From assembly GCA_036390355.1 (NCBI GenBank), contig DASWCA010000016.1, positions 1 to 52,864 on the forward strand: a stretch of DNA of 52,864 bases, given 5' to 3'. Position numbers and translations under genes: made by a program. Each line of letters starts with the position of its first letter. The stretch's first letter is position 1. A model generated the notes under the pieces. That model saw only the letters and a list, made by a program, of their open reading frames with translations, made no database searches and was not told the origin of the DNA. Positions 10,901 through 19,707 of the stretch are shown one piece after another. The stretch comes from Acidobacteriaceae bacterium. GTDB lineage: Bacteria; Acidobacteriota; Terriglobia; Terriglobales; Acidobacteriaceae.

Positions 10901-11277
10901 GCGCTAAATACGCGACCGGCAGCAGGACCATACAAACAGATTCGACCGGTCGTAAGTTTATTCAATACTGGGTGGCTTCCCCTACAGGTGTCTTCAGCAC
11001 TCCAGCCTTCGGATCGCATGGCAATACAGCACGTGATCAGTTTCGCGGACCTAAATTCTATGATGTGGATTCGTCCCTGGTGAAGAACACGAAGATCTAT
11101 GAGAAGGTGACCTTCCAACTGCGTGCTGATATGTTCAACGTCTTCAACATTCTCAATCCTGGTAACCCAACCTCCAGCATCACCAGCTCTACCTTTGGTC
11201 AGCAGACCAGTGCACCGACTGGCATTTCGGGAGGGGCTCCATTCAACGTTCAGTTCGCTGGAAAGATCATCTTCTAA
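7918..11277 (+). CDS. TonB-dependent receptor (carboxypeptidase-regulatory-like N-domain plus Oar-like beta-barrel)
   Basis: AAGGAG RBS, signal peptide, IPLNGRSFTQL, KSGTNSFHGS, NQQFGGSLGGP, FSPRVGF and C-terminal Phe (GKIIF). Confidence 0.9.
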   Translation: MRIAHRVRSIATSLFLLVALPLAAQTYLGGIGGTVVDSQGGAIPNAKIVLTNTNTGAVRETNTTSAGGYVFQDLQIGKYSLTITMPGFDKAVLNEIAANPGAVTPVNAKLSVSGVEQVINVSADTNSEIQTQSSANNTVIGHVSEIPLNGRSFTQLLQQAPGMNASGSLNGARSNQINYQIDGADNNDIWQGSTAANQGGVGPIAGVTLPIEAIDQFSVQSSGNAEEGHSAGGLVSLGLKSGTNSFHGSAYMYLRSEFFAARDFFAVSTARKQKVRNQQFGGSLGGPLLKDKLFFYFNYERQAYGIQLSSSADTEPGAAYVTQATQLLQRHGITSVNPLSTTLLSALWPGGNQAGLVANTSNYIETHQRHGYSDNFVGNLNYTISPKQTVRLQAFVGTGRQAEPGGPTYPYFQVAPDITQSFALTHNWAATDHLSNQLLVAVGVFNQTFNDLNHSFNMPALGLNTGVTTPALFGAPTISLTGFDGTGATQPLGRKDYTGHITDSATWVYGKHQIRFGGEFRRSYIDLQYQAGVRGTFGFTGYTSGLIALPAGASQWSESNSKAQVCGTTSPLPAVCGGVNDASFITTHSEVLALADLLVGDYNSASFVQGNLRRDLYRTDTDFFIQDQYHVLPRLVLNYGVRHDFFGALSTTGALSEFRPGAAGANANGLVLVGTPGAPRTYIPGKLHFSPRVGFNYNPVDKLSIRGSYGLYFDSAPFNGFGNNSSIGAGTTATGLQANPVGGVSNVSLGVGQWQTNQYVWSNASTPSTYGLFSVDPSLHTAYSNEYNLATEFQLTKKTVVTLEYAGSTGVHLYILRDINQAAPWTASAPQNPAIPATNCAAVANATNVNCLLARRPYYAAYPKVGAVVQVSSNAASNYNSLQATIKTNGYHGLSGQFSWTYAHSLDDGSGFRNTGPADSTNLRLDYGNATFDIRHTVNAYVVWEAPQFGHVLPTLTKGWQVSVAGGLHTSSPFSITIGDNTGIGMNKDRVNWSGAKYATGSRTIQTDSTGRKFIQYWVASPTGVFSTPAFGSHGNTARDQFRGPKFYDVDSSLVKNTKIYEKVTFQLRADMFNVFNILNPGNPTSSITSSTFGQQTSAPTGISGGAPFNVQFAGKIIF

Positions 11278-11289
11278 GCACTGCTCAAA

Positions 11290-11337
11290 CAGCCCCCGCC
11301 GGACAGAGAAGACGCCTTCTCGGTCCAGTTGGGGCTG
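11290..11337 (+). terminator. Stem-loop after the TonB receptor
   Basis: CAGCCCC..GGAC.GAGAAG/CTTCTC.GTCC..GGGGCTG nested stem, 13 nt after the stop codon. Confidence 0.4.
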
Positions 11338-11582
11338 AGCAAGTGCCCCAGGTACACTCAATAAGGTCATACTTGCTTCGCGGCATCACTTTTACCTTCA
11401 ATGGGTTCGATTTTCCTTATCCCATCACATCCTCTTGCTGAAGATTGTTCAGAAACTTCTGATGGCCCTCTCCATCAGTCCTCTGTTGTTCGCGGCGCAG
11501 GTCATTCAGACGCAATCCGATGATGCGGTTGAGAAAAGGCAACGCCCGCGCCAACCAAATCTCTCTTCGGAGGACTTCTGAC

Positions 11583-13586
11583 ATGCCTCGCAGCAGCCGC
11601 ATCGCGCTCTTGCCATTCGCCGCCCTCACCTTGTCGTTTGTTTCTGTTTCGGCGCAGCAGAATCCGCTCGTCCCGCACTCAATGTATGAGCCGCCGATGG
11701 CGGCAGCTGCCGCTACGCTCACTGCGAGCTCCGCCAATGTGCCGGCCGACTTGCTCACCACCGGCGAGAAGACTCAATGGCAACAGACAGCGCGTTACGA
11801 CGAGGCCATTCGCATTATGCGTCGTCTCGCCGCTCTCTCGTCTGAAGTCAAAGTGATCCAGTTTGGAACGACCTCGCAGGGCCGCGCTATGTATGCCATG
11901 ATCGTTTCCTCCGACAAGGCGTTCACCCCCGCTGCGGTGGCCAAGACCCCCAAGGCCGTCATCCTGATCCAGTCCGGCATCCACTCGGGCGAGATCGAGG
12001 GCAAGGACACCGCGCTCATGCTGGTCCGCGATATGGTGATCACGAAAACCCGAGCGGCCTGGCTCAAGAATGCAATCTTCCTCGTCATCCCGGTCTTCAA
12101 TATTGATGGTCACGAGAATCGCAGCCCTTTCAATCGCGCCAACCAGAACGGTCCGGACATAACCGGTACGCGCGCCCAGGCACAGGAACTCAATCTCAAC
12201 CGTGACTACATCAAGGCAGCAACTCCAGAAATGCATAGCTTCCTCGCGCTCTACCACTCCTGGATGCCCGACTTCATGTTCGACAATCACGTCACCGACG
12301 GAGCTGACTACCAGTATGACGTCACCTGGGATATGGCCCGCCACGGAGACATCGGCGAGCCTACACGATCCTGGGTCAACGAGCGGTTCATTCCCGAGCT
12401 CAATAAGCGCATGGAAGCCTCAGGTCATCTCGTCTCGCCATATGGAGCGCTGCGCGGCGGTGGCAATGGCGAAGCCGGTCAGTTCCGGCTCGGCGGCGGC
12501 GCTGGTCAAGCTGGCGGTGCGGCCCAGAATGGCCAAGCCGGTGGTGGACGTCGTGGCAGCGGCGGGCAAGGTGGCCAGCCTGGCAATGCCGGAGCACCTG
12601 CCAGCGGCAAACGCGAGTTCTTCCCGGAAATCTTCTCCCCCCGCTACTCCCATCTGTACACAGCTGCGCTCAATCGGCCGTGCCTGCTGGTTGAAACCCA
12701 TTCCCTGAAGAGTCCCAGGACCCGCGCATGGGCGGACTACGACATCATGGTTGACTCTATCGACATCGTTACCGGGGACCCCCAGGCATTGCGCACTTCC
12801 ATACGGAATGCCGACGCAAAATACGCAGCCCAGGCCGGCGATCGCAATGCGCCCCCCATCTATCTCGCCGGCAAGAATAGTGCCGGCGGCCATCCGTTGC
12901 AGTATCACTCACTCAAGACGGCGACGTTTCAGTCTGAGATCACCGGAACGCCAGTCGTCCGTTACACCGCGGAAAAGGACGACTTCGAAACGATTGAGCA
13001 TGATGGCGTCGACACAACCGCAGAGGCGCAGGAGCCGCTGGGCTTCATCGTCCCGCTTCAGTGGAAGGAGATCGCGGACGAGCTCAAGCTGCACGGTGTT
13101 GAGATGGAAGTCATCCCCAGGGATCTAAATCAGGAGTTCGAAACGTGGCGCTTCAGCGACGTGAAGTCCGTCAGCTCCGGAGAAGCCGGCCAGCTGATGG
13201 ACTATACCCTCAACCCGGTCAAAGAGAAGATCGAAGTCCCTGCCGGCTCCTGGTGGGTCCCGCTGCATCAGCAGCGTGCGCGGCTCATCATGGCGCTGCT
13301 CCACCCGGCCGCTCCCGATGCTCTCATCCGTCTCGGGTTCGCCGCGCCCATCTTTCAATCGATGGGACGCATTGGCGCGAATCCCTACCTTAGCGTACCC
13401 ATCGCTACTAAGGTCGCCGAAGAGCACCCGGAACTGCTGCAGGAGTTCGAAGCAAAGGTTAAATCCGATTCCGCCTTCGCCGCCGATCCGCAAGCCCGTA
13501 TCAACTGGTGGACGTCGCGATCGAACTACCAGTCCTCGGCCGTCAACCGCTACCCCGTCCTCCAGGTTTGGGAAAAGAAATGGTAG
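11583..13586 (+). CDS. Secreted M14-family zinc carboxypeptidase
   Basis: GGAGG RBS, signal peptide, GIHSGEIEG (HxxE), FNIDGHE, NLNRD, DNHVTDG and LVETH. Confidence 0.9.
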   Translation: MPRSSRIALLPFAALTLSFVSVSAQQNPLVPHSMYEPPMAAAAATLTASSANVPADLLTTGEKTQWQQTARYDEAIRIMRRLAALSSEVKVIQFGTTSQGRAMYAMIVSSDKAFTPAAVAKTPKAVILIQSGIHSGEIEGKDTALMLVRDMVITKTRAAWLKNAIFLVIPVFNIDGHENRSPFNRANQNGPDITGTRAQAQELNLNRDYIKAATPEMHSFLALYHSWMPDFMFDNHVTDGADYQYDVTWDMARHGDIGEPTRSWVNERFIPELNKRMEASGHLVSPYGALRGGGNGEAGQFRLGGGAGQAGGAAQNGQAGGGRRGSGGQGGQPGNAGAPASGKREFFPEIFSPRYSHLYTAALNRPCLLVETHSLKSPRTRAWADYDIMVDSIDIVTGDPQALRTSIRNADAKYAAQAGDRNAPPIYLAGKNSAGGHPLQYHSLKTATFQSEITGTPVVRYTAEKDDFETIEHDGVDTTAEAQEPLGFIVPLQWKEIADELKLHGVEMEVIPRDLNQEFETWRFSDVKSVSSGEAGQLMDYTLNPVKEKIEVPAGSWWVPLHQQRARLIMALLHPAAPDALIRLGFAAPIFQSMGRIGANPYLSVPIATKVAEEHPELLQEFEAKVKSDSAFAADPQARINWWTSRSNYQSSAVNRYPVLQVWEKKW

Positions 13587-13863
13587 ACGCTGGAGCAGAC
13601 ATCGCTTAATTCAGCCCATTGAGACAGGAGTGTCCCGGCCGTAGGAGCCGCATCCGCATGTTCTCTCCAAGACCGTCCAAATGCCCAAGCAGGTAAGCGA
13701 GAGTTTGAGGAACTGACCAAACGTTGCTGCCATTTGATCGAGAATCCGTTGATGATTCGATCCAGCAGGTAGGCGCGCATGCGATCGGTGCGGGTGGACA
13801 GAGTATGTTCGACCGCCCCGGTGAATCCGGTCACGGCGGCTGCGGTCTCCGTTGGTGCAAAAT

Positions 13864-13962
13864 CTCTAGCTCCCGTTTGTACTTTTTCAGGACGCCATCC
13901 TCAAGCCCCTGCGACCGCTTGCTGCTCACAAAGAGGTCTACAGCCCTGGAGATGTCGGGCCT
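13864..13962 (-). pseudogene. Possible fragment of a phage-integrase N-terminal (core-binding) domain
   Basis: ISRAVDLFVSSKRSQGLEDGVLKKYKRELE has the helix pattern of integrase SAM-like domains. The match is short and isolated. Confidence 0.3.
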
Positions 13963-14055
13963 CGCTTTGGGCGAAGCCTTTCCCGACAACGGCGGCTCAG
14001 ATGATCGTTTGAGACCTTTAGAATCAATAAGATACCCCCCCAGCAATCCTTACCG

Positions 14056-14073
14056 TTCGTTATTGTTCAGTTG
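14056..14073 (+). repeat. Left copy of an 18-bp imperfect direct repeat (TTCGTTATTGTTCAGTTG)
   Basis: 16/18 identical to 22327-22344, with a 12-bp exact core TTATTGTTCAGT. Overlaps the palindrome GTTCAGT-TG-ACTGAAC (14065-14080). Confidence 0.6.
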
Positions 14074-14123
14074 ACTGAACTCTGTGCCTCTTCTTCTCCT
14101 GCCTCCAGATCCAGATAATGCAG

Positions 14124-16511
14124 CTAATTTGGCTTAGCCTGCTCAGGTACTGGCCGACTCGTTTGATTGTCATTCGCATTCTTCAGTTCAAGCAGATGAT
14201 GCCACCGAACGTACTGGTTTTCTTTTCTAGGATCTGGATCTTCATAACCTTGCAGCCAAAACCGAAACCAATCGACATCCCCTTGCTGCGACTCCATTAC
14301 ATCCACTGGCATAGTCACGACGTGCGTGGCATATGGTAAGACGATCAAGTCAACTGGTTTGCCGAGAGATCGAAGACCCGCATATGACTCCCAGTCGGTC
14401 AACATAGTCGATGGATTGCGAGTCTCTACTCGGAGCGGTGCCGTTACCTTCCGCAAATTGAAAATAGAATTCTCTTTCAAATAGGCTGCTTGCCCATCCC
14501 CAAATGGGTTCCCTCCATAGTGAAGGGCCCATTGCTTCATCGCGTTGTTGTTAACTGACTCATCGACAATGTCGAAATAGCCCATCGGTCCATAGGTGAA
14601 GCCATTAGCAATCGTTGCTGCAGCAAACAAGCTTGGATTCTTCGTTATGGCGTACAGGACATTGTCACAGGTTCTGCTAAAACCAATGATGCCGACGTTA
14701 TGAGGATCGATTAGGCCTTCGGTCGCCAATTTGGCAATCACAGCTTCATATCCCGCTAAAGCAGCGGATGTTTCTTGTCTGAAGGCATCCTCTCGTGGTA
14801 CCGCCGGTTCGCCCGCTTGTAAAACCATTAGACCGCCTGCCGCCATGGCCTGAGCTGCAACAGCCGTAGGATAGGTGCCGTCTACAATAAATAGCTTTTG
14901 GGAGTATGCCCGCGGCTCGATCACCAGTGGGTATCGCTGTTTTGGGTCAAACTGCGGAGGTTTAACCAGCACTCCCTTTACATCACGCCCATACTGATCT
15001 TTCCAATTGTAGATTTCCGCTTTGCCGAAAGCGATCTCCCCAAATTGGGGATTCGGGTTCCATATTGGCTTGGCCTCAGTAGCACGAGGGACAGATGCAA
15101 ACAAAGCGGGAGGCATTGTGAGACTCTCGTTCAGACTTACGATGAGCGGGAGAACCGCTGTAGCGCTTACGACCCTGCTTTGGTGTGCATCCTGCATCAG
15201 GTGCCAAGTACTATTCACGCGATGGAACGTTTCAGCAGCCGGTCCCAACTCTGTGTAAGTGATGACCACATCATCCGTGGAACCTCCCCATCTCACATCC
15301 TGTATGTTCCACTTTTTGGAGTCATGAAGACTGGATTGTCTATATTGCGCGACTTGGCTCCATGTTTGATTATGGAGATCGAAGCAAACAACTGCCGGCT
15401 GTTGCTCGCGCTCTGACTTCTCTAAATCAGATGTCCCGACTATCGGGAGAAACACGTTGGACAATAATATCGTACTCCCGTCGCCCGACCACAGCACCTG
15501 GGTCGCTCCAAACCAATTGACGTCCCTTCCTAGCGGTGCATCGAGAAGAAAGGAATTTCTTCCACTCTTGAGATCTACTAGCAAGAACCTCTCTGGAATA
15601 TCAGTTCCAAATGCTTGTTTCAATCGTTCCGGAGACGTCAGCATGATCCTTCCGGTAAGATACCCAGGCTCATAGCTCGTCCATGCTTCGGGAATGGACG
15701 CAATAGCTGCTGCAACAACTGCATAGCGTCCATTCGGGGCTAATGAAAGAATTGTGTCTCCGTAATGCGTATTTAGGCGTACGATTTCGTGCGATGAGGG
15801 ATCTACAACAGGACGGGCTTGTCGGTGAGAATATGTCCACAGTTCATTCTGGTTGGGATATGATGGGTGCTTTTCTGGGGACATGAGATTGTGCAGACTC
15901 TGTCCCGTTCCAACTACCACGCGAGGCAGTTGCGTAGCCAGCCACGGTATTGAAACAGCGTATACAACTAACTGCCCTCTTTCCTGGAAGGTAACCACAT
16001 TTTGCTTGTTTGCGGAGAGCTGCTCAGGTCTCTTCGTTTTTATCTCTAAGCGATAGAGATGCCATGTTGAGTCGCCATTGCGACCTAGAAATAGAAGACT
16101 TCGGCCGTCAGCTGACCATTGCGGCGAAAGGATGGAGACTTGGAGCTCTTGCTGCTCGCTGTCGTTGTCTCCTGCGCAAGTGACTAATACTTCCGGCTTG
16201 GGAGCACTGGCATGTGCAGTGTCAGCGAGAAAAGCTTGCTCCGAGTTCACATTGAACAGCCAGATAGTGGATTGCAGCAGGTTCTTGTCCACCAGTCCCC
16301 GAGTTGTGACTACGAAGAATGACTTCCCATCCGGAGAGAACTTGGTGACATTTCGGGAATTGTCCGGATAAGGGTCCGTGAAACGCTGCATTTCAATTGA
16401 GTCTGCTACCGTGAATTTCCGGCCTTGAGCCGGCAGTGCTGCGTGAAGGCTTCCTAACACACAGACGGTAAGCACCACAAAATATCTACGTCGACGGTAA
16501 GTTGTGTACAT
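14124..16511 (-). CDS. Secreted S9 prolyl-oligopeptidase-family serine peptidase, lasso-peptide isopeptidase (AtxE2)-like
   Basis: Signal peptide; beta-propeller repeats (FSPDG, WSADG, LAPNG, WSGDG); alpha/beta hydrolase with GIIGFSRT nucleophile elbow, ATH His and VDWFRFWLQGYEDPDP ending. Start 16511 or 16544. The isopeptidase-like call is by recalled resemblance. Confidence 0.8.
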   Translation of the reverse strand: MYTTYRRRRYFVVLTVCVLGSLHAALPAQGRKFTVADSIEMQRFTDPYPDNSRNVTKFSPDGKSFFVVTTRGLVDKNLLQSTIWLFNVNSEQAFLADTAHASAPKPEVLVTCAGDNDSEQQELQVSILSPQWSADGRSLLFLGRNGDSTWHLYRLEIKTKRPEQLSANKQNVVTFQERGQLVVYAVSIPWLATQLPRVVVGTGQSLHNLMSPEKHPSYPNQNELWTYSHRQARPVVDPSSHEIVRLNTHYGDTILSLAPNGRYAVVAAAIASIPEAWTSYEPGYLTGRIMLTSPERLKQAFGTDIPERFLLVDLKSGRNSFLLDAPLGRDVNWFGATQVLWSGDGSTILLSNVFLPIVGTSDLEKSEREQQPAVVCFDLHNQTWSQVAQYRQSSLHDSKKWNIQDVRWGGSTDDVVITYTELGPAAETFHRVNSTWHLMQDAHQSRVVSATAVLPLIVSLNESLTMPPALFASVPRATEAKPIWNPNPQFGEIAFGKAEIYNWKDQYGRDVKGVLVKPPQFDPKQRYPLVIEPRAYSQKLFIVDGTYPTAVAAQAMAAGGLMVLQAGEPAVPREDAFRQETSAALAGYEAVIAKLATEGLIDPHNVGIIGFSRTCDNVLYAITKNPSLFAAATIANGFTYGPMGYFDIVDESVNNNAMKQWALHYGGNPFGDGQAAYLKENSIFNLRKVTAPLRVETRNPSTMLTDWESYAGLRSLGKPVDLIVLPYATHVVTMPVDVMESQQGDVDWFRFWLQGYEDPDPRKENQYVRWHHLLELKNANDNQTSRPVPEQAKPN

Positions 16512-16572
16512 ACGCTCATTCCTATTGATGTTGTGACGCGTCATTCGCTTCGAGAACACGTTACTGGTGTGA

Positions 16573-19500
16573 TCAAAACAACAGCTTGAGTGCAAACTGC
16601 ATTGATCGCGGACCACCTTGTTGGTACTGCGAGGCGACGGTCCCGAGACTTGAGTTCAGCATCTTGGTGGCTTGGCCGAACGTTGCATCCGCGTACGTGG
16701 GGTCGACATAGCCGAAGCTCGGATGGTTAAGCAGATTGAACATCTCGGCCCGAAATTGGAGGACCACAGCATCGTGCAGAGGGAAGTTTCGCCTGGCGGC
16801 CAGATTGAATTGGGTCGCTCCGAAGCCTCGCACGAAGTTTCGTGGTGCGTTCCCGGAGGTCCCGGTGGATGGCAGACTGAAGGCCGCTTTGTTAAGCACT
16901 TTGCCGCCTGGATATTGGGCTCCATACAAGTAGACCGGTTGACCGGCCACAACATTCAGTCCGCCTGCATACTGGCTTCCCGTAGAGGGATCGGTGATGA
17001 GGCTACCGCCGAGAGTGACCGGAAATGCGGTCCGTGTGATCAGGCGTCCGTCCAGGCCCCAACCGTTCAGCAGGACGGCGGCTGGTCGAGGCCGAATCGT
17101 CGCAGGCAAATCCCAACTAGCACCTCCCTCGAAGTTGTTACGAACGTCGAAGTCTGCATTCCCTCGCTTAAGCGGCAGTGCATTGGAGTTTGAACCAAAG
17201 TCGAGGGAATGCGACCAGGTATATGACGCAAGTGCCTGAACCCCCTTCGCGACGGAGCGCTGAAACTTTAATTGCAGTGCCTGATAGTTGGAGGTAATCC
17301 CAGTCGCGAAATATTGGACCGCTCCGAAGTTGGGATTGAGTTTGGTCAAGGACTTCTGCTGTAGACCTGTAAGCCTGCGTCCCTCGGCGGCCACATATGC
17401 GATCGTCAGGGATTGGCTCTTTCCGAGTGACTGCTGCATGCTGACGTTCCACTGCAATGTGTAGGGCAGCTGCAGATGGGAAGGAAATGCGGTGATTGTG
17501 CCGCTGGTGTATGGGGCGGCAACCGATATCGGCACGACCAATTGACTGGCGGTAAACGGCAGAACTGCTCCACTCTGAACCTGAAAAGATCTAAATCCAA
17601 GGCCACTGAATCCCAGTGCCGCGACTTCATTTGCAGAATCGAAGAACACTCCTCCTCCTACGCGAACGACTGTCTCGGCTCCAGGTTGGTTGTGGGCCGT
17701 CCATGCCAGACCGAGCCGGGGGGCGAAGTTATACCAGGTTGTCTTCCACAAAGGAGTTCCGCGTGGGGCGAGGGTCAGCGAGGCCGGGTTACTAATGTTC
17801 CCTGAGAGCGTGTAGGCATCATTACCGTGTTCTTCGGTCGGCGGCGGGTTCAACTCCCAGCGGAGACCTAGAGATAGGTGAAGTCGCGGATGAACTCGCC
17901 ATTCATCTTGCCCGAACAGAGCAGCCTGATTGAAAAGTGGTGTCGCCGATACAAAATTGAAGACATAGGGAGCGCTGGGCGCGCCGGTCAATATTTCATT
18001 TGGGCTCTGAAAAACGGTGTAGGGCTCCACGTCCGGTGGCGCGATAGGGGACGTGATATGCCGGTAATCAACACCAAACTTCAGCGTGTGCGTGCCTTTC
18101 AAGACGCTTATCGTATCAACGGCATTCAACTGTCGACTTGAATTGCGCCCGTTATAAGGAGTGATCAGCGGAGACCCAATTCCCGAAATGGAAAGAACTA
18201 TCACGGGCTGAGCTCGCTGGTAGGAGCCGGCGCCCATGGCGGCTGCAAGGTCGATCGGAGTGGCGCCCCCAAAGTTGTCGAGCACCCCGATTTGGGTCGA
18301 GTCCGAGCGCGCATATCCCAATCGAAATTCATTGGTGATTTGGTTAGAAAACTGGATGGTTGCGCCAAGCGTATAGTTTTGTGCGTTGATGCTAGTGGTC
18401 GTCCGCGCGAAGTACGGTCTGGCTACGGTAGAACTGGGAGTGATCCCAGCTCTGAAGAAGAGCGCGAGTTTGGAGTGAAATGTATGGTCAAGCCTGAAGC
18501 TGGTCGAATCGATGGAACTGGGAAGAGAAAAAGGAGCGATAAACTGGGCAAGGTTCGGACTCGTAGAAGTGCCATAATCAAGGCCGTTTGGAAGGGGAAA
18601 AGCATTTAGCATCGGGCGCATTGCTGCGACCGCTTGCTGTCGCAGGAAAGGATCCGGCACATATTGAATTGTCGCGGCGGTTGGCTGCGTAAGGCGAAGT
18701 CCTTCATACGACAGGAAGAAGAAGCTGCGCTCCTTGCCGTTGTAGATACGCGGGATCCATATCGGACCACCAAGCGTGCCTCCGAAGTCGTTCTGTCGCA
18801 GGGCGGGCGTCGGCTTGCCGTAGTGATCGTTGAACCAATCATTCGCGTCAAAGAAATTGTTACGCAGATAGTCGAAGGTACTCCCATGAAAGCCGTTAGT
18901 GCCGGAACGAGTCACGAGAGAGAACTGACCGCCAGGCGATCTTCCATACTCGGCAGAGTAGGAGGAACTTTGGATGCGAAACTCCTGCAAAGCGTCGACG
19001 GAGATGAGGGCTTGCGTCGTGCCCAGGGCCGTGGCCCCGCTGAGCGCGCCGCCGCTGGCGGCCTCGCCAACGCCGCCACCGTTTCCTGACCCGGTATTGG
19101 CGGTTACTCCATCGACTGTGTAGTAGTTGGATTGCGTCCTCTGGCCATTCACACTGAAATCCCCACCCACGCCCACTACTTGCAAGGTGCTTTGAGGACT
19201 CTGCGTGACGACTCCTGGAGTCATCGAAATCAGGTCCTGAAAGCTTCTCCCGTTCAATGGCATATTTTCAACGAACTTGCGATCTACAGCGGTACTCACT
19301 GAGGCATCCGATGTATTGAGCATCTGTGAGCCACCTTCGACGGTCACGTCTTGCTGGGTGGAACCCACCTTCAGGCGCACATCAAAGACCAGGGCTTGAC
19401 CTACGGTCACGGTAAGTGGCTCGCTCACGGCCGTACTGAAACCGTCGGCCTGTACGAATACCTGGTATGTGCCCGGGGACACAAACGGAACTGTATAACT

Positions 19501-19692
19501 TCCGTCTCCGTTGGTCTTGACACGCCTTTCGATGCCCGTGGCCTGATTGACGACTCGCACGTCGGCGTTGCGAACAAGTGCCTGCGATGGGTCGGTGACA
19601 CGACCGGAGAGCTGGGCAGTCTGGGAAAATGCAGTAAGACTCAGCGAAAGAAGAATGAAGACACGAAGGGCGCGGCGCGTGAGACGGTGCAT
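16573..19692 (-). CDS. TonB-dependent receptor (carboxypeptidase-regulatory-like N-domain)
   Basis: AGGAG RBS, signal peptide, MPLNGRSFQDL, RSGTNGFHGS, RQNDFGGTLGGP, FAPRLG and C-terminal LKLLF. Confidence 0.9.
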   Translation of the reverse strand: MHRLTRRALRVFILLSLSLTAFSQTAQLSGRVTDPSQALVRNADVRVVNQATGIERRVKTNGDGSYTVPFVSPGTYQVFVQADGFSTAVSEPLTVTVGQALVFDVRLKVGSTQQDVTVEGGSQMLNTSDASVSTAVDRKFVENMPLNGRSFQDLISMTPGVVTQSPQSTLQVVGVGGDFSVNGQRTQSNYYTVDGVTANTGSGNGGGVGEAASGGALSGATALGTTQALISVDALQEFRIQSSSYSAEYGRSPGGQFSLVTRSGTNGFHGSTFDYLRNNFFDANDWFNDHYGKPTPALRQNDFGGTLGGPIWIPRIYNGKERSFFFLSYEGLRLTQPTAATIQYVPDPFLRQQAVAAMRPMLNAFPLPNGLDYGTSTSPNLAQFIAPFSLPSSIDSTSFRLDHTFHSKLALFFRAGITPSSTVARPYFARTTTSINAQNYTLGATIQFSNQITNEFRLGYARSDSTQIGVLDNFGGATPIDLAAAMGAGSYQRAQPVIVLSISGIGSPLITPYNGRNSSRQLNAVDTISVLKGTHTLKFGVDYRHITSPIAPPDVEPYTVFQSPNEILTGAPSAPYVFNFVSATPLFNQAALFGQDEWRVHPRLHLSLGLRWELNPPPTEEHGNDAYTLSGNISNPASLTLAPRGTPLWKTTWYNFAPRLGLAWTAHNQPGAETVVRVGGGVFFDSANEVAALGFSGLGFRSFQVQSGAVLPFTASQLVVPISVAAPYTSGTITAFPSHLQLPYTLQWNVSMQQSLGKSQSLTIAYVAAEGRRLTGLQQKSLTKLNPNFGAVQYFATGITSNYQALQLKFQRSVAKGVQALASYTWSHSLDFGSNSNALPLKRGNADFDVRNNFEGGASWDLPATIRPRPAAVLLNGWGLDGRLITRTAFPVTLGGSLITDPSTGSQYAGGLNVVAGQPVYLYGAQYPGGKVLNKAAFSLPSTGTSGNAPRNFVRGFGATQFNLAARRNFPLHDAVVLQFRAEMFNLLNHPSFGYVDPTYADATFGQATKMLNSSLGTVASQYQQGGPRSMQFALKLLF

Positions 19693-19707
19693 GGAGTGGA
19701 GCTCCTA

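Noticed and set aside
13600-13830. AYLLDRIING segment resembling an IS66 transposase C-terminus
   Set aside because: Too short and degenerate to support.
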